Below are positions 36,493 through 45,772 of a stretch of DNA of 46,281 bases, one piece after another. Position 1 is the first letter of the stretch, and every line of letters starts with the position of its first letter. Source of the stretch: Candidatus Iainarchaeum sp. (lineage in GTDB: Archaea; Iainarchaeota; Iainarchaeia; Iainarchaeales; GCA-2688035); assembly GCA_017610175.1 (NCBI GenBank), contig JAFCCO010000011.1:1-46281 (forward strand). The letters are read 5' to 3'. The notes beneath the pieces are model-generated. The model saw only the letters and a list, made by a program, of their open reading frames with translations. It had not been told where the DNA came from and did not search any database. A program made the position numbers and the translations under genes.

Positions 36493-36762
36493 TCACTTCA
36501 TCAATTCTTTGATTGCTTCCAGTTTAGAGATAATTTCCCAAATATCGGTTCTTGTGTGCGGCGGCATGTTGATGTCATTGCTTATGTCATCAAGCAGGTA
36601 GATTGCCGAGCTGAAATTCATTTCATCCGCATTCTCTGCCGCTGTCTTGTTCCTTGCCTGTTCAATAATTCCGCGGATGTTTCTTGGAACGCCCCGGTCG
36701 TCAAGGATTTCGTCCATTAGTTCGTAGACTTCCTTAATCCGTTTTTTTATGTCTTCTGTCAT
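36493..36762 (-). CDS. UPF0147 family protein
   Basis: DxxVPRNIR and LDDISNDINMPxHTRTxIWxIISxLE signature. Confidence 0.88.
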   Translation of the reverse strand: MTEDIKKRIKEVYELMDEILDDRGVPRNIRGIIEQARNKTAAENADEMNFSSAIYLLDDISNDINMPPHTRTDIWEIISKLEAIKELMK

Positions 36763-36840
36763 TCTTTCACCTGAGAAACCAGCACTAAACGGAAAGTTTA
36801 ATTAAAATCCCTTTAGCTTAATTCGATTTGTGCACAGAAA

Positions 36841-37833
36841 TCAATTTAAAGGAACCTTTGGCGGGATTCTTTTCGAGATTTTTTCGCGCATTTCCTCAAT
36901 CGGGGCGTTTAAAACAGGGTATCCCTTTGCCCTCTTCCTTGCGTTATCTTCAGCCTCTTTGCTTGAAATGTCAAGCTTGCTCAAATAAATAATTACTTTT
37001 CTTTTTCCAAACTCGCGCGCTATCCCGCTTAAAAGCCTTGCCTGGTCAGCCCTTGTAAAGCCGCAGTTTTCGGTTGGGTCAAACACAAACACAATCAGTG
37101 AGGCAAGGTGCTTCAAGGCGGCTGTTCCCTTTTTTTCAATCAAATTTCGCCTGCTTTGCGGCCTGTCAAGCAGGCCGGGGGTATCAATTAACTGGTATTC
37201 GGAGTACTTTTGCTTGAAGTATCCGATTTCAAGTTTTTGCGTTGTGAATGCGTAACTTGCGACCTTTGGCTGGCTTTTGGTAATTTTTCCGAGCAAGGTG
37301 CTTTTTCCGACATTTGGGTGGCCTGCAATAATTACGGACGGCAGGTTTGTTTTGATGTGGGGAAGTTCGCGCAGTTTCACAACAGCCCTGTTGTAATCGC
37401 CAATGCTGTTTTTCAGGCTTTTAACAAGGGAGGAAAGCCGCCCGATAAAGCGGGAGCTTTCAGGCTTTGCTTTGCCCTCACTTCCCCGCCCCATTTTGTT
37501 GATTCTTATCAGGTGCTCCCTTTTGAGTTTCTTAATTATTTTTGCAACAGCTTGCATTCTTGCAATTGCCTTTTTCACCGAATCGGTGTCTATTGTAATC
37601 AATAATAGTTCGCGGTAAAAGTCAGTCATTTGGTCAATGTTTGGAAACTCGCTTACCGAGAGCTCCAGCCTCTTAACCACGTAGTTGGCCGCAACCTCTA
37701 TTCGCCTCTTTTCCTTCTCTTTTTCGTGCTTGAGCCTTGAATTGTGCTTTCCAATGGTCGAGGACTCTTTTCTTCCGCGCCTAAGGGCGATATCAAGCAG
37801 TTCATTGGGCTCTGGCACTTTTCCAAGATTCAT
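36841..37833 (-). CDS. NOG1-family GTP-binding protein
   Basis: N-terminal helical NOG1 domain, GHPNVGKST, YAFTT, DTPGLLDRP and SKLD. Confidence 0.9.
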   Translation of the reverse strand: MNLGKVPEPNELLDIALRRGRKESSTIGKHNSRLKHEKEKEKRRIEVAANYVVKRLELSVSEFPNIDQMTDFYRELLLITIDTDSVKKAIARMQAVAKIIKKLKREHLIRINKMGRGSEGKAKPESSRFIGRLSSLVKSLKNSIGDYNRAVVKLRELPHIKTNLPSVIIAGHPNVGKSTLLGKITKSQPKVASYAFTTQKLEIGYFKQKYSEYQLIDTPGLLDRPQSRRNLIEKKGTAALKHLASLIVFVFDPTENCGFTRADQARLLSGIAREFGKRKVIIYLSKLDISSKEAEDNARKRAKGYPVLNAPIEEMREKISKRIPPKVPLN

Positions 37834-37903
37834 TCAAGTCACTCCAAAAGCATTTTAAAACCTTGCAGATTAACATCTTAATGTTCCTTTTTGTTTAAAA
37901 TAG

Positions 37904-38983
37904 GTGTTGATAGTGGATTTTTTAACAAAACTTTACAGCGGAAATTACAAGAAATTACTGGCAATTCCCCTGCTTATTTTGATAATAACAGGAGGTCTTG
38001 CCTTTGTTTTTCCGACCGTTCCAAGGGGGATTGACCTAAGCGGCGGAACACTAATGCTTATTCGCTCAGACAAGGATCTTGACGCAAAGCGTACGGAAGA
38101 ACTTTTGTCCGAAAACTTTGAACTAACGGATTTGAGCGTTGTTTCAACATCCTCGCCTCTTGGGGGAAACGGCCTTACAATCAGGTTTGCCCAAAACAAG
38201 TTAATCTCAAGTGCTGAAGCGGAGGTTTCCTTGGCTACTGCGGCGCTCAAAAATTCGCCTGATCAGGCAATGGTTCACGCAAACAATATTGTTCAAATTC
38301 TTGCACCATTTGCGCAAGTACCAATTCTCTCCACTGAACCGGGGCTGGCAGTGCAGCAGGCAAAGGAAATGCTTGTTGATGCAAAAGAGGGGTTCAGCAA
38401 CCGCGTGCAGGAATTAATTTCACAGGAATTCGGCCTTGAAAAGGGAATGGCGTTCCAGAAAAAAGAGGTTTCCCCGACACTTGGAAGCGCGTTCTACGGA
38501 ACAGCACTCAATGTTGGATTCTTTGCAATTCTTTTTGTAACAATTGTGATATTTCTTTTCTTCAGAAAGATTGTGCCAAGCGCTGCTGTTATTGCGTCAG
38601 CCTTCCTTGACGTTATAGGCGCTCTTGGGCTAATGGCATTGTTCAACATCCCGCTCACCCTAAGCTCAATTCCGGCTCTCTTAATGCTTATCGGTTACAG
38701 TGTTGACACAGATGTTATGCTTACAACAAAGCTTTTGAAAAGAACCGAGCAAACAATTGGAAACCGCATTCAGGACGCGCTTAAAACAGGGCTGACAATG
38801 AACATAACAACAATTGCGGCACTAACGGCAATGCTTATTCTTTCATATTTTACACAAATGCTTATTATTTTTGAAATATCGGCGGTTCTGCTTTTCGGGC
38901 TGATTGTGGACCTTTCGTCAACCTGGTTCATGAACGCGCCTGTGCTGCTTTGGTATATGGAAAGGGAGCGTGCCAAAAAATGA
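37904..38983 (+). CDS. secF: Protein translocase subunit SecF
   Basis: GIDLSGG, VSPTLG, six-TM pattern and LIGYSVDTDVMLT. Confidence 0.92.
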   Translation: MLIVDFLTKLYSGNYKKLLAIPLLILIITGGLAFVFPTVPRGIDLSGGTLMLIRSDKDLDAKRTEELLSENFELTDLSVVSTSSPLGGNGLTIRFAQNKLISSAEAEVSLATAALKNSPDQAMVHANNIVQILAPFAQVPILSTEPGLAVQQAKEMLVDAKEGFSNRVQELISQEFGLEKGMAFQKKEVSPTLGSAFYGTALNVGFFAILFVTIVIFLFFRKIVPSAAVIASAFLDVIGALGLMALFNIPLTLSSIPALLMLIGYSVDTDVMLTTKLLKRTEQTIGNRIQDALKTGLTMNITTIAALTAMLILSYFTQMLIIFEISAVLLFGLIVDLSSTWFMNAPVLLWYMERERAKK

Positions 38984-40596
38984 CCGCGCTACTCAAAAAC
39001 TATAAGATTCTCTTAATGCTTGCCTTCCTGCTTATAAGTTTCCTGATTATTGGAATGCGGGGCGTGGAATTTGGAATCGACTTCAAGGGAGGGACAATGT
39101 TCCAGATTGAACTGGATGAACCGGTAGCAGATGTCGATGAAAGGGTCAGAATTACAAGCATTGTTTCACAGAGGCTGGACTGGACAGGCCTGCGGGACAC
39201 GACCGTTAACTTTTTTGGGGACAGCTTTGTAATTGCACAGATTGCGGAAACGGATCCCGAAACCGTTGAACGAATTGAATCGCTTCTCATGAAACAGGGG
39301 AGATTTGAGGCAACAATAGACGGGGAAACGATTTTTACAGGCGAAGGCATAATCGAACTGGTTAAGGACCCAAGAAGGCAGTACAAAATAATTTCACAGG
39401 ACGGCTTTTCACAGTGGTTTTTGCCATTCCTGCTTAGAACAGACGCGGCAGAGAATTTCAAAAATTTGACCTGGCACAAGTGTGTGCTCTCGGGATTTGA
39501 CCCGAGTGCTGGAAAGCTCTACGATTGTGACAGGACATATTTCTACATTGACAGGCCAAAGGACGCTGTCCTAATAATTTCACGCGCAGGCTTTGAAGCA
39601 GACAAGCTTCTTCTCTTAGAGGGCAATTACGAGGAAAACATTTCCCTCGAAACAGACATTGAGGAAGTTTTGACAAATTCGGCAATGCCCTACATTATAG
39701 TTGAGGACAATGAGTTTACCCCTGAACAGGTTTTGGAACTTCAGTCAATTGTTCTTGAAAAGAAAAAGGCAATTGTTTCACAGTTCCTTAATGAATCGCT
39801 CAACGAAGAGCTTGAATCAATCGGCTTTGATACTGCAGAAACAATTCCCCCCACCGGAATTCCGTTTGTTTGGGCGGCAACAGGTGTTAAGCAATCAATT
39901 TCACTTAAAGAGGATGTCACACACATGGACATCCCTGACGAGCAAAAGGCCTCAACAGAGCCGATTTCAGCTCTTGTAATTCAGGGGGTTGCAACAAGCG
40001 ACCTTGATGCCCTTGAAAGAAGGGCGGACCTTGAAATACTGCTTGAAAGCGGTTCACTCCCTGTCGGGGTTAAAAGCATCAGCAAGGAAACAATTTCCCC
40101 CCTTCTTGGAGAGAATTTCCTGTTCAACGCAGGCATAATTGGAATTGTTGCGCTTCTCGTTGTCGCGCTTGTGATTTTCCTGCGCTACCGCGTTATCAAG
40201 CTTACAGCACCAATAATCTTCATCGGGCTAAGCGAAGTGTTCATAACAGTTGCACTTGTTTCCATGATAAGCAAGTTTGATTTGGGTGCTGTTGCGGGAA
40301 TCCTTGCCGCGGTTGGAACAGGTGTGGACGACCAGATAATAATTACGGACGAGCTCATGAAGGGAAGCGAGGCCGGAGAAGGAAGCCTAATGACCAGGGT
40401 GAGGCGCGCGTTCTTTATGGTAATTGCAGCGGCAGCAACAACGATTGCAACAATGCTTCCAATAATTGTCATAGGGTTCGGGCTGGGAAAGCTTGTTGGC
40501 TTTGCAATAACTACAACAGTCGGAGTGCTTGTTGGAGTCCTTATAACAAGGCCTGCATTCGGAGAGATTGCAAAGGAAATAATCTCCAAATACTGA
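38980..40596 (+). CDS. secD: Protein translocase subunit SecD
   Basis: FGIDFKGG, LESGSLPV, ISPLLG, GTGVDDQIIITDE, GFAITT and ITRPAF. ATG 38980 overlaps the secF stop (ATGA). Confidence 0.92.
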   Translation: MTALLKNYKILLMLAFLLISFLIIGMRGVEFGIDFKGGTMFQIELDEPVADVDERVRITSIVSQRLDWTGLRDTTVNFFGDSFVIAQIAETDPETVERIESLLMKQGRFEATIDGETIFTGEGIIELVKDPRRQYKIISQDGFSQWFLPFLLRTDAAENFKNLTWHKCVLSGFDPSAGKLYDCDRTYFYIDRPKDAVLIISRAGFEADKLLLLEGNYEENISLETDIEEVLTNSAMPYIIVEDNEFTPEQVLELQSIVLEKKKAIVSQFLNESLNEELESIGFDTAETIPPTGIPFVWAATGVKQSISLKEDVTHMDIPDEQKASTEPISALVIQGVATSDLDALERRADLEILLESGSLPVGVKSISKETISPLLGENFLFNAGIIGIVALLVVALVIFLRYRVIKLTAPIIFIGLSEVFITVALVSMISKFDLGAVAGILAAVGTGVDDQIIITDELMKGSEAGEGSLMTRVRRAFFMVIAAAATTIATMLPIIVIGFGLGKLVGFAITTTVGVLVGVLITRPAFGEIAKEIISKY

Positions 40597-40620
40597 CTTG
40601 CTTTAGTTCAGGGCACTGAC

Positions 40621-41097
40621 TCACATCAGTTCAGAGAAATCGTCTATTTTTGCAAGCCTCTTTGTCCCAACATACCACAGGATGAGAACAAGAACCGCCG
40701 TACTGAACCAGCTTACTGTGTGGGCAAGCTCCGCAAGCTCCACACCGTAACCGATTGCAATTGCAAGAACAAGGTAAACGCGTGCAAAGTTAAGCAAAAA
40801 CAATACAACAGCCCCCACCGCAAACAAAACCACCTTTTCCTTTGCCGCCGGCTTTTTCAGTGAAAAAACAACCGCCGCAAGCACGCTTGCCGAAACAAGG
40901 CCTGTGCAGCTTGCACTAATCTCAAAAAACCCGTTGCCTGCCTGCACAATATTCCCTGCAGTGTTCAGGCCAAGCCACCCGGCTTCAACTGCGGCAATAA
41001 GTTGCTGAAGTGCCCCAAGTGGTGCGGCAAGGACAAGCCACTGCAGCACAAAGTATATCGCAAAAAATTTTGCCAAAAAAACAAGTTCCTTTCTCAC
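40621..41097 (-). CDS. Archaeosortase/exosortase family protein
   Basis: Small polytopic protein with the Cys-Arg-His triad context ISASCTG, NFARV and ELAH. Confidence 0.8.
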   Translation of the reverse strand: MRKELVFLAKFFAIYFVLQWLVLAAPLGALQQLIAAVEAGWLGLNTAGNIVQAGNGFFEISASCTGLVSASVLAAVVFSLKKPAAKEKVVLFAVGAVVLFLLNFARVYLVLAIAIGYGVELAELAHTVSWFSTAVLVLILWYVGTKRLAKIDDFSELM

Positions 41098-41103
41098 AGC
41101 AAA

Positions 41104-41628
41104 TCACCAGGGCACGTTTTTAATCCTGGTTTTGAATGCAACAACGTTTGCAAACTTGTGGATTGAAATCGTGAAAATTGCAAGGAAGGCAACAACCGCA
41201 AATGGTGGCGTAAACACAACCATTCCAAGCAAAATGCTTCCAACCAAAAAGTCAAGCTGGTCGAGGAGGAACACGGTTTCACCACGTTCTACCTTAAGCC
41301 TTCTTTTAATAAAGCTTGCCGTGATATCCCCAAGCATTGCCCCTAATGAAAGAAAAAAGCCGTACACTACGTAGTTTGTGTCAAGCAAAAGCGTTAGGTT
41401 TGGGAAAAGGATGCTTGCAACAACCCCTCCAAGAGTTCCGAATGCGATTCCTGCAATTGTTCCCTTAAAGGTCTTTCCGCCCCCAAAAAGGGGCCTTTTG
41501 TCAAAAAACTTTTTTCCAAAGTCAAGCGGGGTTTCTCCCCCGAAAAACAGGGCCATGCCGTTGCTTAAGTAAATGGGGATTGCTATAAGGCAAATAATTG
41601 CCGCAAATTCGGTTAAATTTCCTATCAT
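41104..41628 (-). CDS. carS: CDP-archaeol synthase
   Basis: PxYxxN, PLDFG, GxGKTxxG, GAMLGDITASFIKRR, LDQLDF and terminal KxVPW. Confidence 0.92.
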   Translation of the reverse strand: MIGNLTEFAAIICLIAIPIYLSNGMALFFGGETPLDFGKKFFDKRPLFGGGKTFKGTIAGIAFGTLGGVVASILFPNLTLLLDTNYVVYGFFLSLGAMLGDITASFIKRRLKVERGETVFLLDQLDFLVGSILLGMVVFTPPFAVVAFLAIFTISIHKFANVVAFKTRIKNVPW

Positions 41629-41693
41629 TCAGAAAAAAACAACCCTGATTAGATTTTTATACATTTGCTGTGTTGTTCAATCAGGTAATCTGG

Positions 41694-42593
41694 GTGAAAA
41701 AGGCAATAGTTGTTTTGGGAATCGGGCTTATTGTGCTAATTGGTGCCGCATTAATTCTTTCGCTTGCCTTCTCGGGTGCCGGAAACTTTTCATTTAAGCC
41801 AAGGGGAATCGCCATAATTCCTGTAAAGGGCGAAATTGTTTTGGACGGAAGCGCTTTTTCACAGGAAATGACCGCAATTGAAATCTCAAATGCAATTGAG
41901 GAAGCGGTGGACAACCCTTCAATTGGCGCAATTTTTCTTGAAATTAATTCAGGGGGCGGAAGTGCGGTTGCCTCAAGGCAGGTTGTTGAGACAGTTCGCA
42001 TTGCACGCGAGTCAAAGCCGGTTGTTTCATGGATTTCAGAAATGGGCGCAAGCGGAGGGTACTATATTGCGGCCTCATCAGACTACATTGTTGCAGACTA
42101 CGACAGCTTCACGGGAAGTATTGGAGCTGTTAGCGCAATTGCAAATGTGGAGGGCCTGCTTGAAAAGCTTGGGGTAGAGGTCCAAATTGTAAAAGCAGGG
42201 GACCACAAGGCAATGGGCTCAATGTTCAAGGGATTAACAGAGGGGGAACAGCAGCTTTTCCAGACAATTGTGGAGGACTCATTCCTTAGGTTTAAGCAGG
42301 ACATAATTGATTTTAGGGGGGACAAGCTGAACCAAAGGCAGTTTGATGTAATTGCTGATGGAAGAATAATAAGCGGGCAGCAGGCATTAGGGTACGGTTT
42401 GGTTGATGAAATCGGGACAAGAAAGGAAGCCATTGCAATCGCGGCAGGGCTTGCGCAAATTTCCGATCCGATTGAATTTGATTTTGGAAAATCAGAGCCA
42501 TCTGTTTTAGAGCTTTTTACTTCTGCAGGCTACAGCTTTGGCCTTGGCTTCAAGCAGGGAATGCTTCACTACGAAACAGGCCTGCGTTCATAA
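41694..42593 (+). CDS. sppA: Signal peptide peptidase SppA (S49)
   Basis: INSGGG, GASGGYYIA, TGSIG, KAGDHK and an N-terminal TM. GTG 41694 is the likelier start (ORF track gives 41670). Confidence 0.9.
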   Translation: MKKAIVVLGIGLIVLIGAALILSLAFSGAGNFSFKPRGIAIIPVKGEIVLDGSAFSQEMTAIEISNAIEEAVDNPSIGAIFLEINSGGGSAVASRQVVETVRIARESKPVVSWISEMGASGGYYIAASSDYIVADYDSFTGSIGAVSAIANVEGLLEKLGVEVQIVKAGDHKAMGSMFKGLTEGEQQLFQTIVEDSFLRFKQDIIDFRGDKLNQRQFDVIADGRIISGQQALGYGLVDEIGTRKEAIAIAAGLAQISDPIEFDFGKSEPSVLELFTSAGYSFGLGFKQGMLHYETGLRS

Positions 42594-43265
42594 CATCAGT
42601 GAAAGCAGGAAAGCAAGCAATGCCCCCGCTCCCGAACCAAGGAAATTAACCTGGGTGTTTCCAAGCGATTTGCTTCTTTCAAAAACCGCTCCAAAGAATG
42701 AGTCAACCATTGACCCAAAGATTCCGGCAAGAATCAAAACTATAAACAAGTAGATGTTTTGGTAAATTGCAAAGTGAATGCTTGCAATTATTGTTCCGCC
42801 CAAAAGGGAACTCCACATTCCAAGCGCGCTAACCCCTCCATCAGTTCCCGCCTCGACAGGCTTAAGGGTTGTAATCAAAACAGGCTTTGTTTTTGAAAGC
42901 ATTCCGATTTCTGATGAGAGCGTGTCGGCAAGAGCCGCTGCCATTGCCCCGAAGAATGCAATCGGGGAACTGAGCGCAAGCGCAATTATTGCAACCCCGC
43001 TGTTTCCAAAAATATTTCCGATTGTGCGCCTTTCATGCGGGGCCTTATTTTTTGAGGAAAGCCTTGTGCTTGCCTCTGCAACAATAAAGAACAGCACTGT
43101 TAGAAGGAAGTAATTGAATCCACCCAAATAGAATACTGCAAGGCCAACCATATTTGCGATTAAGACTCCCGCAAAGTCAAGCGCTTTTTTTCTAAGGGAA
43201 AATAGTGAAAAGAAAACAAGTATTGCGATAAGCAGAAATAATTCCCAAAGATAAGGCATTGCCAA
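42588..43265 (-). CDS. DUF92/TMEM19 family membrane protein
   Basis: RxxxNIFGNS, AAALADTLSSEIG, LITT.KPV.AGTDGGVS..G, GSMVDSFFGA and NTQVNF. Confidence 0.88.
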   Translation of the reverse strand: MAMPYLWELFLLIAILVFFSLFSLRKKALDFAGVLIANMVGLAVFYLGGFNYFLLTVLFFIVAEASTRLSSKNKAPHERRTIGNIFGNSGVAIIALALSSPIAFFGAMAAALADTLSSEIGMLSKTKPVLITTLKPVEAGTDGGVSALGMWSSLLGGTIIASIHFAIYQNIYLFIVLILAGIFGSMVDSFFGAVFERSKSLGNTQVNFLGSGAGALLAFLLSLML

Positions 43266-43859
43266 TCATTCCAAGACAAGGGCTCTTGCGATTTCAACCC
43301 TTTTCAGGGGTGCGATTTTCTTAAGATCCTTAAACATCTTTGAGGCAAGCACACCAAACACAACAAGCTGGATGAATGGTGAAAAGTCCTTTTCTGCGGC
43401 GCTTTTTTCAATTCCATCAATCAATCCCTTTCTAATTGCCGTTTCCTGCCTTTTGTCAAGCTTCTTCTGTGAAAGTGCAATTGTCTTAATTTTCATCTTC
43501 TTGCCGTCCTTTGTTGTAACCGTTTGCACAGCCTCTATCTTGCTGCTTCTTCGCCTAACCAATCTGATTACATAGCCGGGTGTAACAACGTGTTCAACAA
43601 GCTGGGTGTGGGCCATCTGCCCCTGAACTTCAAATACCTTAAATTTGACTGTGATGTGCCTTTTCTGCCTTTCACCTGTAAGGTCCCCAAGGTTTGCCTT
43701 GATAGTTCTTCCCATGACTGTTTTTTCTTTTTCGGCAGGGGTTTCCGCCAATTCCTTGTTGTCAAATTCCTTTGGGGCAATAACCTTGAACCATTTCTTC
43801 CTCTTCCACTTGTCAACGGTTCTTTTTGCAGAAGCCCTTTTTTTCTTGTTGTCAGCCAT
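43266..43859 (-). CDS. rps3ae: 30S ribosomal protein S3Ae (eS1)
   Basis: DKWKRKKWFKVIAP, GRTI, RLVRRRSSKI and KKIAPLKRVEI. Confidence 0.93.
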   Translation of the reverse strand: MADNKKKRASAKRTVDKWKRKKWFKVIAPKEFDNKELAETPAEKEKTVMGRTIKANLGDLTGERQKRHITVKFKVFEVQGQMAHTQLVEHVVTPGYVIRLVRRRSSKIEAVQTVTTKDGKKMKIKTIALSQKKLDKRQETAIRKGLIDGIEKSAAEKDFSPFIQLVVFGVLASKMFKDLKKIAPLKRVEIARALVLE

Positions 43860-43865
43860 TTAAAA

Positions 43866-44003
43866 TCACTTTTTTTCTGAATCAATTTCCTTTTTTACAA
43901 CACGGTCGAGTTCGGATAATATTTCTTCAACACTGCTTTCGCCTTTTTGCTCAAACAACTTTTTGCCGTTTTTTTCGATTACAGCGTCAAATTGCATTGC
44001 CAT
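43866..44003 (-). CDS. Small hypothetical protein (45 aa), not in the ORF track
   Basis: MAMQFDAVIEKNGKKLFEQKGESSVEEILSELDRVVKKEIDSEKK*. Its ATG overlaps the rps15 stop (TGATG) and its stop lies 6 bp before the rps3ae start. Confidence 0.6.
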   Translation of the reverse strand: MAMQFDAVIEKNGKKLFEQKGESSVEEILSELDRVVKKEIDSEKK

Positions 44004-44458
44004 CACTTCACAAGCAGTGCAGCGGTGTCCTCACTGTACCTCCATGTTTTAGGCAATCTTTTCTTGCCCTTGTTGTACTTTGCAAGCCTTCTTATCTTAC
44101 TAACTGTAAGCTGGTATCCACGCTTTGCGGTGTAATCTTTCTTGTTTGTTTCCATATGGGTCTTTAGCATGACACTCTTCCTAATGAGGTTCATCAAATC
44201 CTCCGGTATCTCGGGGAGAAGCTTGTGTTCTTCAAGAATCTGCTCTATTTTCTTGCCGGTAACTGCCTTAATGTCCGGGACGCCGTACTGGTCGCGAAGC
44301 ATTCCGCCAATTTCGGACTGTGAGTGGCCTGCGTTTGCAAGGTTAATTACTGCCTCTTCAATTTCCTTTGGCTTAAGCTCTACCCATGAGGGTGCTTTCT
44401 TTGCCGGGGGCTTGCTGCTTCTGCTTTTTCCCTTTGAACCTGAGTGCATTCTTGCCAT
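44003..44458 (-). CDS. rps15: 30S ribosomal protein S15 (uS15, S13e-type)
   Basis: MARMHS, IGGMLRDQYGVP, IPEDLMNLI and SKIRRLAKY. Confidence 0.96.
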   Translation of the reverse strand: MARMHSGSKGKSRSSKPPAKKAPSWVELKPKEIEEAVINLANAGHSQSEIGGMLRDQYGVPDIKAVTGKKIEQILEEHKLLPEIPEDLMNLIRKSVMLKTHMETNKKDYTAKRGYQLTVSKIRRLAKYNKGKKRLPKTWRYSEDTAALLVK

Positions 44459-44487
44459 TCAAATCAAACCTTTAAAATAAATTAAAA

Positions 44488-44517
44488 TCTCACCTTCCAG
44501 CCCTAACGGCGCTGGAA
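44488..44517 (-). promoter_or_regulatory. Hairpin in the rps15 5' leader (candidate autoregulatory r-leader)
   Basis: Transcript-strand UUCCAGC-N9-GCUGGAA (7-bp stem) followed by GGUGAGA, in an otherwise AT-rich leader. Confidence 0.45.
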
Positions 44518-44594
44518 AGAATAACACAATTTGTAAATTAATTGGATTAAGAAAGGTTTAAAAAGCAAAGCTTGAAGGGCTAAAACAGTTGCAT

Positions 44595-45203
44595 TTAGTG
44601 GTATCTTGCCCTTTTTTCGATTTTCTCAATCTGCTTGACAATTGCTTCCGCATCCTTTGCCTTTGCGCTGTATCCGGCAATAATTTTTTCCCAACCCGCT
44701 GGCATCAAGTCTGCGTGGGTTGCCTCAAAGGTTTTCTTGAACACAAGCAAATCAACCGCCTTGTCCTCGATTTTCTTGCTGTTGCTTCCCAATCCGAAAT
44801 CAATGAAAGTAAGCCTTCCGTTATGTATAAGAATGTTGCTTGTGGTAAGGTCCCCGTGCACCAAATCGTAGGCGTGAAGCCTTGCAATATCTTCCCCGAT
44901 ATCTGTGCAGATGGTCTCGAAGTTTTTCTTGGTGAGCGCGTCCTTTACGCGTGTTCCTGAAATAAATTCCATTAGGATTGAGTGCTCTTCAAGGTCTGTG
45001 TCATACACCTGCGGTGTTGCAACCCCCAACTTTCTTGCCTTTGCAAGAAACCTTGACTCAAGCCTTGTTCTGCTCTTCCTGATTTCGTCATCGAGTTCCT
45101 TGTTTCTGTAATTCTTCGGAACCCTTTTTTTGAGCAGCGCTCCCTTGTTTTCAAATTCGGTCAGGTAGAGCTCTGCCTCTGCGCCTTTTCTAAGCAGTTT
45201 CAT
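44595..45203 (-). CDS. bud32: KEOPS complex kinase/ATPase Bud32
   Basis: GAEA, KKRVPKNYR, HGDLTTSN, IDFGL and EDKAVDL; terminal RARY. Confidence 0.93.
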   Translation of the reverse strand: MKLLRKGAEAELYLTEFENKGALLKKRVPKNYRNKELDDEIRKSRTRLESRFLAKARKLGVATPQVYDTDLEEHSILMEFISGTRVKDALTKKNFETICTDIGEDIARLHAYDLVHGDLTTSNILIHNGRLTFIDFGLGSNSKKIEDKAVDLLVFKKTFEATHADLMPAGWEKIIAGYSAKAKDAEAIVKQIEKIEKRARYH

Positions 45204-45212
45204 AAATAGAGT

Positions 45213-45725
45213 TCAGCAGACAAGTTGCTTTAAATTGTTTACGTAAACGATGTTGTTTTCAACCTGGAGAACGCGTGAGCTCACAGGTTCCACTTCAAGC
45301 AGTGCCGTTCCTGTCTCTCTGGGGTAATTTCTCTGGAAATTTTCAATTAGTTCAACGGCCTCTTTTCCATTCCTTTCCGCAGACTTAAGCAGCCCAAGCC
45401 CTTCATCCAGTTCTGCGCAGTCGATTTCCGAGAGGTTAATGCGAAGCAGTTTCACCCTTGCCTTTGCAATATTCAGCTGCATTTCAATTGCCGTAACTTC
45501 CGCATCAAGGTATGCCTTAACCACCTGGTTTGAGGCGGTGTCCCTCAATGAAGTCATGTCCGCAAGCAGCAGTTCAAGCTCTGCTTTGCCCTCCGGCAAA
45601 AACTGGCTTCCTGAAACATATCTTTCCTTTGCCTGCTTTGCTTCCAAAAAGCCTGCATCAAATGTCTGGATGCAGCCTGAAAGCAATACAATTCCCAGAA
45701 TTAAAACAATCGGCAGTTTCTTCAT
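45213..45725 (-). CDS. Putative lipoprotein, helical
   Basis: MKK plus a hydrophobic stretch and the lipobox LSGC. Confidence 0.7.
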   Translation of the reverse strand: MKKLPIVLILGIVLLSGCIQTFDAGFLEAKQAKERYVSGSQFLPEGKAELELLLADMTSLRDTASNQVVKAYLDAEVTAIEMQLNIAKARVKLLRINLSEIDCAELDEGLGLLKSAERNGKEAVELIENFQRNYPRETGTALLEVEPVSSRVLQVENNIVYVNNLKQLVC

Positions 45726-45772
45726 TTAAACACCGATTATAATAGAGTTTAATAGTATTTAAATTTTTTCAA

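Noticed and set aside
141-45742. Numerous 60-230 aa ORFs antisense to or overlapping the called genes (e.g. 22891..23580, 15255..15755, 38999-region shadows)
   Set aside because: They are shadow frames of well-supported genes, with no motifs or independent start signals.
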